A stretch of DNA of 64,000 bases from Calcarisporiella thermophila CBS 279.70. Lineage: Eukaryota; Fungi; Calcarisporiellomycota. The position numbers were made by a program, and so were the translations under genes. This document shows, piece by piece, positions 1-11,912 of the stretch. Position 1 is the stretch's first letter. Every line of letters starts with the position of its first letter. Location: NCBI RefSeq assembly GCF_041956535.1, contig NW_027192194.1, positions 752,009 to 816,008 of the forward strand. The letters run 5' to 3'. The notes beneath the pieces are model-generated. The model did no database searches. It was not told the origin of the DNA and saw nothing but the letters and a program-made list of their open reading frames with translations.

Positions 1-380
1 CATTTCGGCCAATCAAATTCCATAATCCAAATTTCCTTATATATTTATTGTCTGATTCATTCTGGAAACTCCCATTTCAGATTCGTTCAGCTATAATTTC
101 CATATTTTGATCGGAAACACCTTTCCGCGGGATATTTTGGGATTTCTGAGTCACCAAAGTAGATATCCTGAAGGACTAGTAGGGGGGGATTGTCAAAAAT
201 TCAACACTAGTCTGAGCCAAGCTTGATCTTGTTAGCCAATCCACCATTATCATTATTACCCTTGCCGATTTTCCCCATTGCCACTCTATTGTGAATGGGA
301 AGCGCCCCTTTCCTCTTTGATGAGATAGTTGTCGCTATTCTTGCTCCTCCCTTTTTTCACCTCTTTTTTTCACCCTTTTT

Positions 381-420
381 CTTTCCTCCCCCTCTCTTCT
401 TTCCTCCCCCTCTCTTCTTT
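381..420. repeat. 18-bp pyrimidine tandem duplication in 5' leader
   Basis: ctttcctccccctctctt occurs at 381-398 and 399-416. Confidence 0.8.
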
Positions 421-443
421 AACTCTCTTCAACCAAAACCATC

Positions 444-3400
444 ATGGACTCCCATACCTCGCTAAATAACGACCCTATTGACTCTGAGAGACCCGACAAC
501 ACAAAGAAACGCAAGCGGCTCACACTAGCATGTGATTCCTGCCGCAAGAAAAAGGTTAAATGTGATGGAGGGAAGCCGCATTGTGGCAACTGTCTGCGGT
601 CTAGAGTGCAATGCGTCTACATGCCCTCCAACAAGAAGCGCGGTCCACGCACCGGCTATATCGAACAGCTAGAGAAAAGACTAGAACAAATGGAAAAGCT
701 ATTAAAGCCTCTGCAAAATGGCCAGGGCGATGGCGGAAACGAGGACGGAGCCTCGAATCTGGGGGATCAACAGGATCAGAAACAAATGGATCCATCAAAG
801 GAATCAGAGCGGCCACTTACTCAGGGCTATTACAATGCGCTTACGGAATTTCTACCCGTAGCTGCATCTCCCTCGCATGGCCAAGGCAATGAGCATTCCG
901 CCAACAATAAACCATTCCAAAAAGTTCACGGCACAAGCATACGGATGAATGGCCCATACCAGGTGGAGGAGAGGGAGCAGTCGTCCGACCGATCCGAGGA
1001 GGAGGACGCGGAAATTCAAGAGGAAGAGGAGTCTGTTATTTATTTCGGCTCATCGTCCAGTCTTGCCGACGCAAACCAGGCGAGTTTTTTCCATTTGCGG
1101 ATGCGAGACGTTACCGCTGCCCGGAATTCGCTGCTCTCCTCTGCGGCCAAAGAAGGTGAGCAAGGGCAGGCTCAGGATGGCCAATTCTCTCCTGTGTCCG
1201 CACTCGGCTCTACCAACTCCTCGGAAAGCACCCCACTCTCAATGGTACCCTACGATGGCAGCATCCCGAGGCCAATGCATGGCCTCGACCAATTGCCCCG
1301 GGATCTGGTGGAGGAGTTGGTCGGATACTTCTTCGGCCATATGTGGTCCTCCTTACCTATGCTCCACAAACCCACTTTCATGAAATTGCTTCAGAAGAAT
1401 CGAGTGCAACCCATGCTACTCTATAGCATTTTGGCGCTGTCTGCACGGTGAGTCTCGACCTCTTTATCCCTCTGCATTTGTTGTCATATTCAATGTTTGA
1501 TTCCATCCAGCTTCTCAAAGCGACCCGAATTACGCAAAGAACCCCAATGGACGGCTGGCGAGGCATTCGCCGACCGAGCTCGAGATATGATTGTGGCGTC
1601 GTGGGATCGACCGACCGTGTCTGCTGTTCAAGCAATGCTTATCTTGGGAGTGAATGAAATTGGCTCGGCAAGAGGGCCGAGAGCATGGATGGTATTAGGG
1701 ATGGCCACTAGGTATGTGTTTTTTCATATTTTTTTTCTTTCCAGATGCCATGAATTTTTCTGGAAAATGCGGTGCCTTTGTCTTTTTTTAAGTCCATATT
1801 CATAATCTTTTTCTTTATTTTTTTTTTGGATAGAATGGCGCAGGAACTTGGTATGCATCGCGAGCAGCCCACTAAGAATCGGTTTGTGCGAAAAATGGAC
1901 TGGCTTGAACAAGAAACTCGCCGCCGTTGCTTCTGGGTGTGCTTTTTGCTTGATCGCCTGTCAGCCGCCGCAACCGGCCGCCCCCAAACCATCGATGAGC
2001 GTGACTGCGATTTACTCTTGCCGACGGATGACGAAGACTATGAGATGGAGCGGCCAGTGGTGACGGAGCGCTTGAACGCTAATGAAGAGGAAGGCGAGGG
2101 TGAGATCGTTCGCTCGCGGCGCAAAAGTAGTGGAAACCTGACCACCCTGAGTCGTCTCGCGTATCTTGTGCGCATTACAGCTCTTCTAGGCAGAGTGGTC
2201 CAATTTGTCAACCGCGATCTGCCGATCACTTCTCATGCCTACCTGGCCGAGCTGACGAAATTGGATGCCTCCATTTCTTCCTGGCAACTGTCACTTCCGG
2301 ACCATCTCCGATTAAAGGAAGAGAACTTTGATTCTGAAATTGCACGCGGGCAAGGCTGCTTTATCTTGATGCACCTGTTTTACCACACAGTCATCATTCT
2401 CCTCCATCGGCGCTATCTTCACGCCAAGCCCGAGGATAAGAAAATACTGAGTACCCTCGCGGAGACCTCGGCGGAAAACTGTATCCGCTCCGCCAATGCC
2501 CTTGTCGACCTAGTATGGAGTCTCAACATTGAGAATCTCTACGGGATCGCATCCTACGCATCGAATTGCTTGTATGTAGCCTGCTCAATCCACATCCAGA
2601 ACGTGTTCTCACCGAATCCCGCCGTGGCCGAGCGCTGCCGCGAATCGGTTGAACGCTCCATGGTGCTGCTCGACCGCATGAAGTCTTTTTGGGGGATGAC
2701 CGCGAAGATTCTGGCATTGGTCCGAGATACGTATGAGATGCACTGCAAGGTGTCGGAGTGGCAGCAGAAAAACCAGGGGCAAGATTCAGGGGCAAACTCA
2801 GCTCCGCCTAATATGCAAGGAGGTTGCCCGACTCTCTTCCCGATGCCCGGAGATATTTCCATAGCAGCCTGCAGAGCAGACCTCCTAAGTACCAACTGTC
2901 CGAGCAAGGCCACGGATTCAGACTTCGTGACGAGCTCTTCCCCCAACTCAACCAGCTACTCTATACCATCGTCCCAGACAACTGACCCTCCCTCGAGCTC
3001 CCCTGCAATGCAAATGGATATGCTCTATAGGACAGGCGCCGACCCGATGCAGCCGTCGGTTCAAAACCTCCCCTCCTCCTCCACTGGAAGCTCCACAGAT
3101 ACTACCGGGTCCAGCCTCACTACTACAGGAATGTTTGACCAGTCATTCTCCCTCCCCATCTCCAACTCCCTGCTCACCTCACTGACATCCAATGGTGCCT
3201 TCGGCACGGATGAAAACGTGATCAACGACTATGGGCTTTGGAATGGAACATTGTTTGGGTTGCCCGCGCGGCCGAGCTTCAGCCCTTCTCTGCTCTCGAA
3301 CCTGAATCTCAATCCTTTCGCGGACCTCTCGCTTCGCCCTCCGTACTTTGTCCCACCCCTTTTGGAGAATGAGCGCGGAAGTGAGCAGCAACAGCAACAG

Positions 3401-3565
3401 CAACAGCAACATTTGTCTCCGCAATCACAACATCAACAACCTCAACACTCACTACAACTGCAGCACAACAACCCTGAGCAAGAAGCTATTCTCCGTGAAG
3501 AGAGAATAGGAAGTTTCACCAATTGGCTTCAAAGCTCAACCGTTGGATTTGGAGATTTCTCATGA
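444..3565 (+). CDS. Zn(II)2Cys6 fungal transcription factor with fungal-specific TF (middle homology) domain; 3 exons (introns about 1448-1510 and 1712-1833)
   Basis: ACDSCRKKKVKCDGGKPHCGNCLRSRVQC binuclear cluster; SAVQAMLIL...AWMVLGMAT-RMAQELGMHRE...ETRRRCFWVCFLLDR Fungal_trans motifs; GT-AG introns join the ORFs in frame; Q-rich tail. Confidence 0.95.
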
Positions 3566-4018
3566 TATAAGAGGGGTCTGTTTGTATATAGTATTTTTTT
3601 TATTAAATCCTCATCTGGCATGTCCACTATTGTTTACGTGTTTTTCTTTGTTTTTTTTCTTCACTTTTCTTTCTCCTCCGTGCCCATATAATTTTTTTTT
3701 CGCCCCCTCTATTTATCAAGTATTTATTCTTGTTTCCCGTCCGATAAAATTGTTTATCTTCTCGATTGTAGGCATTACTAATACTATCATTATGATGTTG
3801 CGCGTTGATATAAGAAAATGGACAATGTGAGTTCAAATGAAAAAGAAAAAAAAAAGTGAGCCTTATAAAGATTAGAAAGAGAAATAATACATGCTACATC
3901 CCAAGATAAATAATAAATATTAACAAGTATATACAGCACAATTCGTTCAATGCATGACGAGTAAAAAAAAAAGGAGAAAGCAATAAGAAATGGGATGGAG
4001 GGGGGCGGGCCAAGGAGA

Positions 4019-4174
4019 CTACTCATCGGGATGTTCCCAGATAACTTCGAGAGCAGAGGACTTTCTTCTCAGCCTCCGCCGGAGAGAGCGAATCTGTGTG
4101 GGCCACTGGGGTGGGGACGCAGTGAAGTAGCTTGGGTAGCATTCGGTGAAGCGAGGAGAGCAAATGTTCAACAT
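4019..4174 (-). CDS. Putative 51-aa microprotein MLNICSPRFTECYPSYFTASPPQWPTQIRSLRRRLRRKSSALEVIWEHPDE
   Basis: ATG in atcgccATG context after a pyrimidine-rich leader; coding-like composition between UTR-like low-complexity flanks; contains RRKSS and LxxIxE motifs; no recognised homolog. Confidence 0.5.
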   Translation of the reverse strand: MLNICSPRFTECYPSYFTASPPQWPTQIRSLRRRLRRKSSALEVIWEHPDE

Positions 4175-4437
4175 GGCGATGTGGTGAGAAAGAGGAGGGA
4201 GATGCGTGACATAAAAAGAAAACGAGTTGGGGAGGGACAAGAAAAAAAAATAGGAGAATGAACTGGAAAAAAAACCGATATGCTATGATGCTGTACCCCC
4301 CAATTCGCCTCATTCATTTTGCCACCAACCGTTCCTTGGCGTGACCGAATAAGCCTCATTAGGGAAGGGGAAAGTGTCATCGGCAGGCTTTCCCCACTTT
4401 TTGGCCTCCAATTTTACTAATATAAATTTATCCAAAG

Positions 4438-5498
4438 CTAAAAGTCTAGGCTGATAATGCGAAGATGATTAATCGCGATGACAAAGTAGGACAGGGTGGT
4501 GAGGAAGATAAAGAAGACGTGCGCGTGGTAGAATTTGCACCTAAGGGTGGAGAAAGTCGGGTGAGAGGGCGCATTGGAAACTTTGGAGTCTGCCTAGTGA
4601 TAGGCGAGAAATTACCATTGGCTGTAAGTATCCGCAGGGCAAGGATATTTCGCTATGAGAATAAACCCAAGTAGGAACCATAGGATCCCAATCGCCAGGT
4701 CAAGGACAAACGTCGCAATAGACACCGGATTACTCTGATCGTGGCCCTTGAGACGCAGCGGGAAGCTCACCAGAATATAGACAATGGAAAGTATACTTGC
4801 GACATATACCACATAGATGATGATCGGGTTATCGAATGGAACTTCCTCCCCCGAAGCCTTTGCGGTTGCAGTTAAGCACCCGAATGAATGAGAGGGAACA
4901 ACAAAATAAAGCTAGGGTTAAAAGTGGGGCTTACCGGACTGGCTCCCAGCAAAAATCCAAAGGCACTGGCACTGCCAAAGAGCCCGATTAGACGCATAAT
5001 GATCCACAGCCCCCCCTGCCAACCCCTCCATCCCAGTGGCCTTAATGTCAGCTGGCCGCGGCCATTCTTTGGCGTGTCCGGGGATATGTCCGTCTCCTTG
5101 GCTTTTTCTTGCTGAGCCTGCGGAGATGGTTCCATGCTCACTTCATAAGAGTCCTCCTGCATGAAATCCCGCTTGCTCTCGTCCATATACTCCAAATCAT
5201 TCGCCGGTTGTATATGTAATGCAATCGGCAGAGAATATCTCTTCAACTGTTGCTGGGGAGGAGGAGCGGTCGCAAAATCAGAAAAAATAGGAGGAGAATC
5301 TTCCAAGATAGTCACTGGACGCGGACGTAATGGAGAGGTTTGCGCACGTGTAGGGATAGGGGGAAAAGGGGAGGGCGGGCGAGGAGGAAGAAAATCCTTA
5401 TGATCAGGCATTCGCATTCTAAAATGAGGGGAAGGGGGAGCTTGGGTTCCCTGCCGCAGCTGAGAATAACGAAGCGGCGGTAGAGAATGTGGGTTCAT
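4438..5498 (-). CDS. Four-TM membrane protein (MARVEL/CASP-like) with Pro-rich N-terminus; 3 exons
   Basis: Spliced product MNPHSLPP...LWIIMRLIGLFGSASAFGFLLGASP|ASGEEVPF...KYPCPADTYSQW|CKFYHAHVFFIFLTTLSYFVIAINHLRIISLDF*; four hydrophobic segments; Cys pair in the last loop. Confidence 0.75.
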
Positions 5499-6011
5499 TT
5501 CGAGAATGTAAGGGAGAAAAAATATAGGTGAGCCTATGTAGTGATGCAAAGTTTGAGGAAGAGTGCAAGGTCAAGGTATTTTCTCAAGGTAATTTCAGGA
5601 ATTAGAGTCGGGATGGGTTCATCTCAACTTTTTTTTTGCGGGGGGTTTCGTTTCCTATTTCACACGTTGCTTTATTTCCATATTACATTTAAACAAACAA
5701 AAAAGCATACAGAAGTAAGGGGTTGCTAACAATCCCAGGAACAAGGGCATTCGAGAAAGCATCAAGGGGGGAAGGGGGTCCTGTCACGATCACATGTCCA
5801 TCCCAATCGGTTGTGGCTTACTCTTCGGGCATTATTAGGTTTAGCGTGAAAGAGCCCTTGAATGCGCCCACACCTCAACACTGCTTCAAATCGAGAAATA
5901 ACGGTAGGCGTCACCCATTAGAGGACGCCAAATGGCAGCACATATAAATATGCTGGAACGGATCTGCAATTTGTGGTTAGAATATCTTCACGACGAACAA
6001 CTATCTTAACA

Positions 6012-6644
6012 ATGGAGCAAAAATCGAACCTTCACCCCAGAGACGACGCTACGACTGGATTCACTACTGCAGGCACCAGGGCCTCTGGTGCAGCACCCGT
6101 TGGTGGCGGAAATATTGAGGTAGGGTTAATGCTGCGCATCTCTTTCCATAAACGGAAAACCCGGTATTGATATATCAATATCCTCTATTTACAGACCGCT
6201 GGTCGCGTCAACCAGCCAGGAATGACCGGACATACCGGCGGCACCACAGGCTTCACCGGTCACCAAAATGAACCCTTACTGCAGCAAACCGCAGGAGGGA
6301 CATATGAACAGGGTGCAACGCATCCAGCCTACGGCCAAGGCCACCACACGGGCACTACAGGTGGTGCTGGTGTTGGCCCTATGGGCGAGAACCTTGGAGG
6401 AGCCGCCCCAGGACAAGGCACCCATGGAACTGGTCCTTACACGGGCCGTAGCCCCCACGATGTTTCTGCAACCTCCGATGTAGATCCTCGACATGCGAGC
6501 AGAGCAGGAGGAATGATGGAAAAATTAAAAGGTTCGGTGCAGGAGGGGGCCGGCAAACTAACCGGAAACCAAAATCTGAAGGCGCGCGGTGCGGAGCACA
6601 AGGTCCAAGGCGAAACTGAGGCAGAAATGGCCAAGCGAAAGTGA
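6012..6644 (+). CDS. Gly/Thr-rich hydrophilin with C-terminal CsbD-like domain (Hmp1-like stress protein); intron 6120-6193
   Basis: GMMEKLKGSVQEGAGKLTGNQNLKARGAEHKVQGETE is CsbD-like; TATAAATA at 5943. Confidence 0.85.
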
Positions 6645-7163
6645 AATGGAAGATGAAACTTTTCATCTATTTCAATCGCAATGTATCAATTGCACATTTT
6701 TTTCTTTGACGGTTATGTTATGAGATCTTCTTTTGTATAACTTTTGCATATTTCCGTATATTGAAGACTTGAAGTAAATATCAGTTGGACTAAGTGTAAA
6801 AACAGCCTTCACTCAAGTTTTTCTCTACTTTCGCATTTGTCTTCTCCAAAGTGTAGTACATTTAGGGAGGGTTCCTGTAAAGCTTAGGTCGAAATATAAG
6901 TGAGTAAACGAATCTCGGCAGGACATGAAGAGTGGGAAGTAACTTAAAAAAAAAGATATCTTTATCAAGTTTGGCTTTGCCAAATTCTGGTTGGCTAGAC
7001 CTAACCTTTCATTTATTGTGCAATCCCCTCCCCTAAGCTCTCTCAAAATATCCCCGATCTCGGTAAATCTGACGCTAAGCCACACCGTTTTTTAGAAATA
7101 ACTGTAACTTCAAATTTACCCTAACATGATATTAGCCATATTATCTTGATCAAAAATTTGAGC

Positions 7164-7999
7164 ATGGCAGCTCTTCAATCCCTTCCTGCAGAACTGTTAC
7201 ATGACATTTTTACCCACTTGGATTGCCAGCTATCTCTTTCTGAGATCTCCAAGGTTTCTCATCATTTTCGATCGATTGCCCTCCCCATTCTCTACCGTGC
7301 TCCTCAGTTCAAGACGGTGCGTGCATTCAACGCATTTCTGCAAATTCCAGAATCCTTGGGCAGCCTTGTTCGAGAGATAGATTTATCCATGACTCCACAT
7401 CGGTGGCGACTTGTGGACGACACTCACATGGAAAAATTAACACACATTTGCAATAAACTGGAAAGGTAAACCCGAGCTTTATTATGCAAGCACTCACGAC
7501 TTTCTTACCATCCTCGTATCCATTTATCTCATGAATTATGTTAGAGTGGATTTCGGATACACTAAAATAACCGATTTGGGAGTCCAACTTCTTTGCATTA
7601 CCAACGGAATGACCCTTCGAAGTCTCACCGTCTCACAATGCCCAAAATTAACCGACGAATTCATGTTTGCAATTGCCGAATCCTGCAAAAACCTAGAGCA
7701 ACTAGACATTTCAGAGACCCGAGTAACTGATGACGGGCTTATGCCAGTAGCAAGTAGAGGGCAACTGCGCTGGCTGAGTATAGCCCATTGCGACATCGAT
7801 GAGGGTGTCCGGTTACTACGCACTCTCTGTCCGAATCTTGACTATCTCGACAAGCACGGGGTCTATTACAGTAAGTCGCCAAACTCAGGATGATCCAATT
7901 TAGGATGAAGCGGTTGAATAGGGTGGATGTGTAAATAACATTTTATTATCAGTAGGCTCGGATATAGAAGACGAAGAATCCGACGAAGGTTCCACTTAG
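7164..7999 (+). CDS. F-box / leucine-rich-repeat (RNI-like) protein; 3 exons
   Basis: LQSLPAELLHDIFTHL F-box; LRRs LRSLTVSQCPKLTDE and LEQLDISETRVTDDGL; introns 7466-7544 and 7871-about 7952 (NAGNAG acceptor). Confidence 0.88.
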
Positions 8000-9675
8000 A
8001 TCGTTGGAAAATTGATATAGCAATCACTTGGCTCTACTCCAAGTGAATATGATTGTATAATTCTCGCTATAAATTGTGCGCGAAGCCGACTACGGAGCCG
8101 AAGCAAGCCCCCACTTGGCTCTTTACGTCTTGCTAGACAAGGAACCCGTACGCATTTCGACCAAGGCTTTGGCGTTTGTGTTCAGGCCTATTTGTAACTT
8201 TTTATTCCCTATTAAACACTATTTTAGTCTTATATCATGTTTGGGATCTTGAAGAATAGAATATATCTCCCAATAACACTGGGATTACCACTTTGAAACG
8301 CTTAGGCTGTATTAATTTGGAGGATCTAGGTCTCTGACTAAAATTTTGAGGCGATTTTGCCAGAACAAAACTATTTTATAAAAACGTGGAAATGGGGTTT
8401 GCGTGCTCAAGTGCCCGCACGAAGCCGTTGCTTTATCCTTATATATAACCGTGTAGTTGCTCATTTTAACTTTGATAGTCACTGATCGAGTAACCGGTAA
8501 ATTGGTATTTCACAGGGTTGATTCTCATACTCTAGCTATATTTTTAACAGAGATGTAAAGACTCCTAAGGCTGTTTATGAAATCTTCCGCGCATCAACGC
8601 ATAGGCCTAGCCACATGAGCGCTAAACCTATTAAAGCTGCTGCCGTGCACTCGGGGCTTTCAACATTTCTAATAGATTCAGTATAACATGTCCACGACTG
8701 TTGGCCTAAGGCTTCATTATTTGCCTGTAAGCGAAGGATATAGAGATCGCTTAAACAACGCGATAGTAGTCATCTCGCATCTTCAAAAAGAAATGTAGAG
8801 TACTTTAGCCACGATATAGCTTGTTTTCATTTTTCATGGCAAATCAGGATTAATCCATCATCAATCCATCAAACAGAGCTTTGCATAAAACATAATGGAA
8901 CTCTACTCCCTGGGCAAAAGTCATTCTGATAATTATCTTTTCAGGATAAAAAAGGAATAGGGTACTGGGTTCCAGGGATATCACTTTTAAAAACACGGCT
9001 GGATTGGAGCAATGTATACAAAGCGGGCAATCAGTGATGAGCCGGGATCCTATTGGGAAACCTGATAAGCGTCATTTCTAGACCTTTGTCGACGATTGCC
9101 TGCTCCAGTGTGATGAATAATCTGCCTTTTAAGAGAATGAAGAATTACGTCTGTCAAAATTAAGGAACTGAAACCGTTTTCTTATGCGACGTCAAATCTT
9201 CTCCCGAAAAGGCACTAATCAATTGCCTGATGCAGCGACGGGATGGTGAATCTGTACTGATGAAAGGATCCCACCCAGAACTGCCATTGGCCCTCCAAGC
9301 CGCGAAATAATGATCCTACATTGAATCAATTCATTTTTAATACACCTATTTTCTTTACATTTCATTTACTCCCTAATAAAGAAGGGCATCCCTGCCGTTC
9401 TGAATTGGCAGATGTAGCTATAATTGTATCCTCTCTCTTTTTTCTCGCCTCCTTTGTTTTTTTTGTTTTTCTTATTTTTTTTTGTTTTCTGTCAAGGTCA
9501 GCAAAGTCGTGTGCCATTCTTTCTTTCCTTAAGGTAAACATTATACTACAATGGCACCTTTTGAGAGCCTCTCGTGAAGTTGTGACCTTAGTTTCTCAAT
9601 AGACCTACCCTAATAACCAACAATTAAAGCATAAATTCCCTGCGCTTAATGCCTTGTGTTTAACCTTCAACCATC

Positions 9676-11538
9676 ATGTCCTTGCTCTTCCTCCCTTTGA
9701 ATCCACTCGACCATCATGATACCGACCCTCCTCCCACCCATCCACCAAAACCCGAGGTTGCCGACCCACCGCAAAAGCCGGCAAACTCGGATCCAGTCCA
9801 GAACCACCATTTCCCAGGAGTTTTACCTCCAGCCACGCCCCCTCATCCTGCCCCTGCACCGGTTCCTAATTCATCTATACCCACACAAGATAAACCTGAG
9901 AAGTCGAAGCCTAAGCAAGTAGAGGACAGCTCTGCGCCCAAGAAAGACGAGAAAAAAGATCCACAGCCAAAGTACACTTCAAATGATGGCGGGGTTAAAG
10001 GAGAGAGTAATGGCGGAGCAAAAGAAAATAACAAAGGGGAGGGAAACAACAGTGGAGAAAAGAATAGCGGAGTCACAGGAGATAGCGGTGAAGGAGGACA
10101 AACAGTGTTGAGGGATCCTTTGCAAGCTTCTTCATATACACCCGCTCCAACATTTCCGAAGCACACAGAAAAAAGTACGCCCATTGTCTCTGATATCAAT
10201 CCGGCGTCCGTCCCGATAACCACCACCGTGGGATCACAGTATCCCGTCGCAACCCATAACTGCAATCAAAACACCAATGATTCCTCTACTAACTGCTTAG
10301 GCGGCACCAAGTCCTGCGACCCTCAAAATGACTCATGCATGACCAAGCTGATGAGCGGAGAGCAGTGTATCTCCAATACTCAGTGCCTTTCAGGGTTTTG
10401 TGACATCAGAGGAGTGTGTGCTGAATATTCTCAGCAGGGATCTGGGGCAGGAACAACATCGGCTGCTACCGCAGGCATGATTGCGGGGGTGGTATTTGGT
10501 GTCTTATTAATAGTGGGGTTACTAGTGTTTGCTCTAGTGCAGGGTCTCCGCCGAAAAAATTCACAGAAAGATGAGAAAATGCGAAGCGATTCGGCAATAA
10601 CTAACCCAACCAATCCGGGGTTGAATGGGAAGGAAACGCTGGCAGTGCCTGGACAGGCAATCGACAGGACATCATACATCTCTAATGTGCGTTCATCACA
10701 GACATCCGAAGGATTTTCTAGTGCAATGAAGCGTCTAAGTTGGGTGCTGCCTTGGAATAATGGGGTCAACATAGATCCAGCATATCCTCCAAATAAAAGG
10801 GAGCCTATCTATGGAATACTCACTCGTTATTTTTACAAAATTCGCAATTCTGGGCGATGGTCTTATGGTAGCCGACTACCAAGCCGTGGATTATCAGTGG
10901 ATATGTTTAATGGAATCGTTATAGAGGAGGAGGAGGCAGAGAAGAACCGGGATGTGAACAGAACGGCCCCGACAGTAAGCGTGGCCACAGATGAAGGAGA
11001 AAAGAGATACACAAACGAATTGGACTACCGAGTATCGCGTGGGTATGCATCCACACAGTACACGAGCCAATCGCTGGATGCCGCCTCGATAGACGACGAG
11101 CGAACGCGATCTCACTTTCGTTTCTCCTCTGCACCTGTGCAGACTCTGAGCCGTGGATACGATGGTATCGAGGGTGAATACAGTGCGGATAACATACATA
11201 GATCGTCCCTTGTACGAGATGACCCATATGTTTCACGATATTCATCCGATTTACCCAATCCGTTTGTTCGAATGCTAAGGGAGCAGGCGTCGCCTAACCA
11301 AAAAGACTACAGCGGAAACTCAAATGTACCTTCAATGGTGTACGGAATTCCTCAACAACGATTGGAGAATCAGCTTAATTCATTAAATCCATTTGCGAGC
11401 AGATTGTCTGTCCAGTCCGAAGGGGGTAAACCTATGGCTGCCGATGGCGCGGAGGAGAGTCCTTCATGGGGATCTGAAGAGGGGGCATCATTTATCACGG
11501 TATCATCGGACTTAGATCCTGTAGCACAAGCTAGTTAA
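9676..11538 (+). CDS. Intronless single-pass membrane protein: Pro/Ser/Thr-rich ectodomain, small Cys-rich module, TM helix, disordered Ser/Arg/Tyr-rich tail
   Basis: 620-aa ORF; C..CLGGTKSCDPQNDSC..GEQCISNTQCLSGFCDIRGVC; TM MIAGVVFGVLLIVGLLVFALV followed by RRK. Confidence 0.8.
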   Translation: MSLLFLPLNPLDHHDTDPPPTHPPKPEVADPPQKPANSDPVQNHHFPGVLPPATPPHPAPAPVPNSSIPTQDKPEKSKPKQVEDSSAPKKDEKKDPQPKYTSNDGGVKGESNGGAKENNKGEGNNSGEKNSGVTGDSGEGGQTVLRDPLQASSYTPAPTFPKHTEKSTPIVSDINPASVPITTTVGSQYPVATHNCNQNTNDSSTNCLGGTKSCDPQNDSCMTKLMSGEQCISNTQCLSGFCDIRGVCAEYSQQGSGAGTTSAATAGMIAGVVFGVLLIVGLLVFALVQGLRRKNSQKDEKMRSDSAITNPTNPGLNGKETLAVPGQAIDRTSYISNVRSSQTSEGFSSAMKRLSWVLPWNNGVNIDPAYPPNKREPIYGILTRYFYKIRNSGRWSYGSRLPSRGLSVDMFNGIVIEEEEAEKNRDVNRTAPTVSVATDEGEKRYTNELDYRVSRGYASTQYTSQSLDAASIDDERTRSHFRFSSAPVQTLSRGYDGIEGEYSADNIHRSSLVRDDPYVSRYSSDLPNPFVRMLREQASPNQKDYSGNSNVPSMVYGIPQQRLENQLNSLNPFASRLSVQSEGGKPMAADGAEESPSWGSEEGASFITVSSDLDPVAQAS

Positions 11539-11912
11539 GAAAACCATGATATATATTATATGTATCTTTGTCGAAAATTGTATTCTCAACCTACTTTATA
11601 CCCATTCTATACTTGCCTATTCCCTATTTCTTTCCTGCATTTTGGATGTGTGGCTTTTACGAATAATATACTGTTAAAATAAGTTCACGGGCCCTCCAAT
11701 GGAGTTTAAATCAAATTTTCTAAAGATAGTTCCATAATATAGTTTATTTTTACCTGGAAGATTAACTGAGATTCGTATATTTGTTTTATCGTATTAACTC
11801 CTGAGCAATCCATTCTTCGCGTTTAATCTATCCGAAATTTTAGTTTTTGTACTTTTATACCCAAGCTTCCTCTTTGCATTATTTTCGTTCTACGTAGCTT
11901 TGACCCACCCTA

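Noticed and set aside
9030-9320. C/D snoRNA-like boxes (GTGATGA..CTGA) and a CTGATGA..GAAA hammerhead-like core
   Set aside because: No terminal stems, no exact rRNA guide I could verify, and hammerhead stem II does not pair; an Infernal/Rfam scan would settle it
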